A stretch of 64,000 bases of DNA, from IMG/VR virus record IMGVR_UViG_3300048854_000073, positions 1,828-65,827 of that record; one strand, 5' to 3'. The notes below the pieces were generated by a model. It was not told the DNA's origin. It did no database searches and was given only the letters and a program-made list of their open reading frames with translations. Below, piece by piece: positions 61,557 through 64,000 of this stretch. The stretch's first letter is position 1; every line of letters starts with the position of its first letter. Made by a program: the position numbers and the translations under genes. The DNA is from a virus. Lineage: Duplodnaviria; Caudoviricetes.

Positions 61557-62795
61557 TTACTTCCCGAATCCGTAAGCAATCGCGCCGTGACGCGGCATCG
61601 GGTTATACAAGTTCGTTCCGAGCCGGATCATCACAGCATCCAGCGACACATTGTTCGGCATCTGCGTCTTGCGGATTCCAAAGTTCCATCCGGACTTATC
61701 CGTGGGCCGCAGCTTGAAATCATTGGCTTGGCAGAACATCAGGTACTCGCCGGGATTGATGACGGTGTTGGACGGGATGCCGCTGCCAGTCGGCGAGAAA
61801 GCAACGTTCGCGCCGTTCTGCGTGAACTGCGGCGAGGTGAACGGGAAGAGCTGTGTGCTCACACCCGAGCCGTCCGTCAGGGTGTTGTTGCCTGCGCTGC
61901 CATTCTTCCCGGCCAGAGGAATGTAGTTCTGTGCCTGTGAAGAAGGAGCCAACGGGCTGGCGTAGATATCCACGCCGTTGAAGTTCAGACCGTCGAACTT
62001 GATATCGTGCTTCGTGTTCGAGATGTCACGACGCTGCGCGTCCAGCGCGTTCGCAATCGCAACGAAGCCGAAGACGTTGGTGATGCCAAGGTCAGGCTCG
62101 CCGCCAGTGATCTTGCACTGCGCCCAAAGCTGCATCAGCGCATTGAAGTCGATCTGGCCAACGCCACCGGTCGGGGTGCCGAGGTACAGCGGGGTGCTGT
62201 TCAGCGCCTTGCCGACAACGCCGTTGCGCACCTGCCCACCGTAGTACTGGTAGACGTTGCCGTAGGGCGAGGGGTCAATGCCGTTGTTGAACGCTTCGTC
62301 AACACCGTTCGAATTCAGGATGCGGTTATCCGTTACTCCTGCGGTCGGAGCCTGACCGTGACGATACGAGTCCATTTCAAGCATGGTCTCGATCACCTCG
62401 GTCGCGTTCTCCATGATGACCTGATACAGGTTGATGATCCGCGCTTCGCCGGAGTTGATGACTCCGCCCTGACCCGATCCGTCATCCAGCTCCCAATCGT
62501 CATACGGGAACCAAGCCACGTAGGCCTTCTCCTGCCAGTTGAATCCGGTATTGATCGGATTGCGGACGATGGTCACCGACTGGCCGGGACGTACTGCCTG
62601 TCCCTGTACACGGCCATAGATGAACGTCTCCATCATGGCGGAGCCGCCGAGGAATGGATCGAGCGCGCCCGATGCCCTCAGCTTTGCCTGAAACGCGGTC
62701 TGCACGAAGAAGTTATTAAAAATGACATTCTTGCGCACAGACTCAAGTGTCGTGGCATCAATTTCGTTATAAAGCGGATCGTTAGGGGTTGGCAC
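61557..62795 (-). CDS. Major capsid protein (HK97 fold)
   Basis: 412 aa after scaffold; IDATTLESV..VIFNNFF...FLGG; HDIKFDGLNFNG. Confidence 0.85.
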   Translation of the reverse strand: MPTPNDPLYNEIDATTLESVRKNVIFNNFFVQTAFQAKLRASGALDPFLGGSAMMETFIYGRVQGQAVRPGQSVTIVRNPINTGFNWQEKAYVAWFPYDDWELDDGSGQGGVINSGEARIINLYQVIMENATEVIETMLEMDSYRHGQAPTAGVTDNRILNSNGVDEAFNNGIDPSPYGNVYQYYGGQVRNGVVGKALNSTPLYLGTPTGGVGQIDFNALMQLWAQCKITGGEPDLGITNVFGFVAIANALDAQRRDISNTKHDIKFDGLNFNGVDIYASPLAPSSQAQNYIPLAGKNGSAGNNTLTDGSGVSTQLFPFTSPQFTQNGANVAFSPTGSGIPSNTVINPGEYLMFCQANDFKLRPTDKSGWNFGIRKTQMPNNVSLDAVMIRLGTNLYNPMPRHGAIAYGFGK

Positions 62796-62811
62796 TGTCG
62801 TCTATCCCTTC

Positions 62812-63642
62812 CTACTGAATCGTTGTGTTTGCTGCTGTATCCAAGTCGCGACGGATGGAGGTTGCTGTTGCCGCCTTGCGTTCTGCAGGCGTCATCTTCA
62901 GCGGGTCAACCCGCGTTCCTTCCGTCACGCCCTTCTTCAGTTCTGCGAACTGCGAAACCTGTCCCTGTCGCACATTGGGATTGGAGCCATACTTTTCGCT
63001 CATCTCGCGCGTAACCTTCTCGCGCTCTTCCTTGCGAATCGACTCTTCCCGCTTCTGCGACTCTTCCTGCGCCATCGCCCTGCGGCGATCTTCGAACTTG
63101 TACTTCTGCGCTGCCCAATCGCGGAGGTTCATGCGATTGCGCGCAGCCTCTTCACCCAACGCGGTCGGAGAATCCGGCATGCCGGAACCGAAAAGCTTCT
63201 GATAGTCCCACTGCAGATCGGCGATCATGCCAATTGCGTTTCCTACCTGCGTGCGGAATTCGCTCATGTCGGGCGAGCCGGGTACGGCATTGCCATTGGC
63301 TCCCGCGTAGCGTCCATTCGGATCGCGTGCAGGCGGATTGTTCGGCTGGAACGGCGGAACCTCGGCCACAAACCCACCATTCTTTGCGCCCTCGGCGAGC
63401 CGCTTGTAATACTCGCGCTCTGCGACAAGGTTCGCTTCTTTGTTGCCCCACTCGTTCAGCGCAGGAGTGATCTGCTTTTCAAAAAGTTCGTTCGCTGCTC
63501 GTTGCGCGGTCTCGGCGGCAAGTCGTTCCTGCTCGGCACTGGAGAGCACGCTGTTAAAACCTTCGAGCGCCTTCGCGTCTAGCGCGGTAATCTGCTCGTC
63601 TGTCATTCCTACGGATTTCAAAACTTCGGCTACGGTCGGCAT
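62812..63642 (-). CDS. Capsid scaffolding protein
   Basis: Coiled-coil, directly upstream of MCP; GAGGGGAG RBS. Confidence 0.7.
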   Translation of the reverse strand: MPTVAEVLKSVGMTDEQITALDAKALEGFNSVLSSAEQERLAAETAQRAANELFEKQITPALNEWGNKEANLVAEREYYKRLAEGAKNGGFVAEVPPFQPNNPPARDPNGRYAGANGNAVPGSPDMSEFRTQVGNAIGMIADLQWDYQKLFGSGMPDSPTALGEEAARNRMNLRDWAAQKYKFEDRRRAMAQEESQKREESIRKEEREKVTREMSEKYGSNPNVRQGQVSQFAELKKGVTEGTRVDPLKMTPAERKAATATSIRRDLDTAANTTIQ

Positions 63643-63657
63643 TTAGACTCCCTCGGT

Positions 63658-63939
63658 CTAGTAGGGCGGACTCATCTGCGGAGCCTGCTGTTGTGGTTGT
63701 GCAACAGTGATCGCGCTCATCGCTTCGTTCAAACCCTGCGCTGCTTTCGCGAGGCCAGAGGAAGCTGCGGGAAACTGTTGCGCGAATTGCGTCAAAGCCT
63801 GCTGCATGCGTGCGAGAAACATCAGTTCCGGAGGTGCCGGAGCCTGCGAGGGCATTCCCTGATTCGGGTCAGGCTGTCCCTGCTGCGGAGCGGGTGCGCC
63901 GGGCTGTTGATTCGGATCGGGTGTAGGAGCTGCGGCCAT
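63658..63939 (-). CDS. Small Gln/Pro-rich head-module protein
   Basis: GAGGA RBS; position between portal and scaffold on a circular map. Confidence 0.6.
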   Translation of the reverse strand: MAAAPTPDPNQQPGAPAPQQGQPDPNQGMPSQAPAPPELMFLARMQQALTQFAQQFPAASSGLAKAAQGLNEAMSAITVAQPQQQAPQMSPPY

Positions 63940-64000
63940 CTTTGTTTCCTCGCGCACAAACAGGAGCGCCGGTTAGCTCCTCGCCAACCGGCTCATGAAT

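Noticed and set aside
406-63470. Long + strand ORFs opposite leftward genes (e.g. 998-1894, 2006-2896, 4926-6020, 46639-47487, 47718-48662, 51201-51986, 62007-63014)
   Set aside because: Antisense shadows of well-supported genes in high-GC DNA; Arg/His/Leu-rich nonsense composition and no RBS.
1-64000. CRISPR array, TIGR array, DGR, intron or intein
   Set aside because: No repeat-spacer array, reverse transcriptase, Nop-domain protein or intein motifs were seen. The repeats found are dispersed operators or short tandems.

Overview
Near-complete genome of a temperate, podovirus-like dsDNA phage, apparently in its excised (attP-intact) form and about 58-60% GC by eye. The host is plausibly Acidobacteriota (inference only). 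Leftward modules: head, tail and ejection genes (41-64 kb), replication/recombination (24.7-34.1 kb), many small ORFs (8.4-15.8 kb), a lysis-like pair, and TerS-TerL-portal (portal runs off the left edge). Rightward modules: an early cluster (16.9-24.8 kb; ArdC-like protein, RHH, XRE, serine recombinase), an accessory cluster (34.4-37.6 kb) and a tyrosine integrase beside an attP matching the 3' half of tRNA-Arg(ACG). Strongest novelty candidate: at 6.2-7.4 kb an uncharacterised 253-aa helical protein with its own promoter is followed by a ~270-nt structured ncRNA. This RNA carries ~13 YTCAGG-type hexamers and a circularly permuted, anticodon-less tRNA-like domain with encoded CCA, and is followed by a degenerate tRNA-Gln-like element. 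Other notable signals: three type II hammerhead ribozymes punctuating the early operon; at least 12-14 copies of an 18-bp palindrome (TGTAGGCTRCAGCCTACA) at gene starts; a circularly permuted Cas4-like nuclease; and tail-module proteins with Sec signal peptides. All calls were made by eye without database searches.
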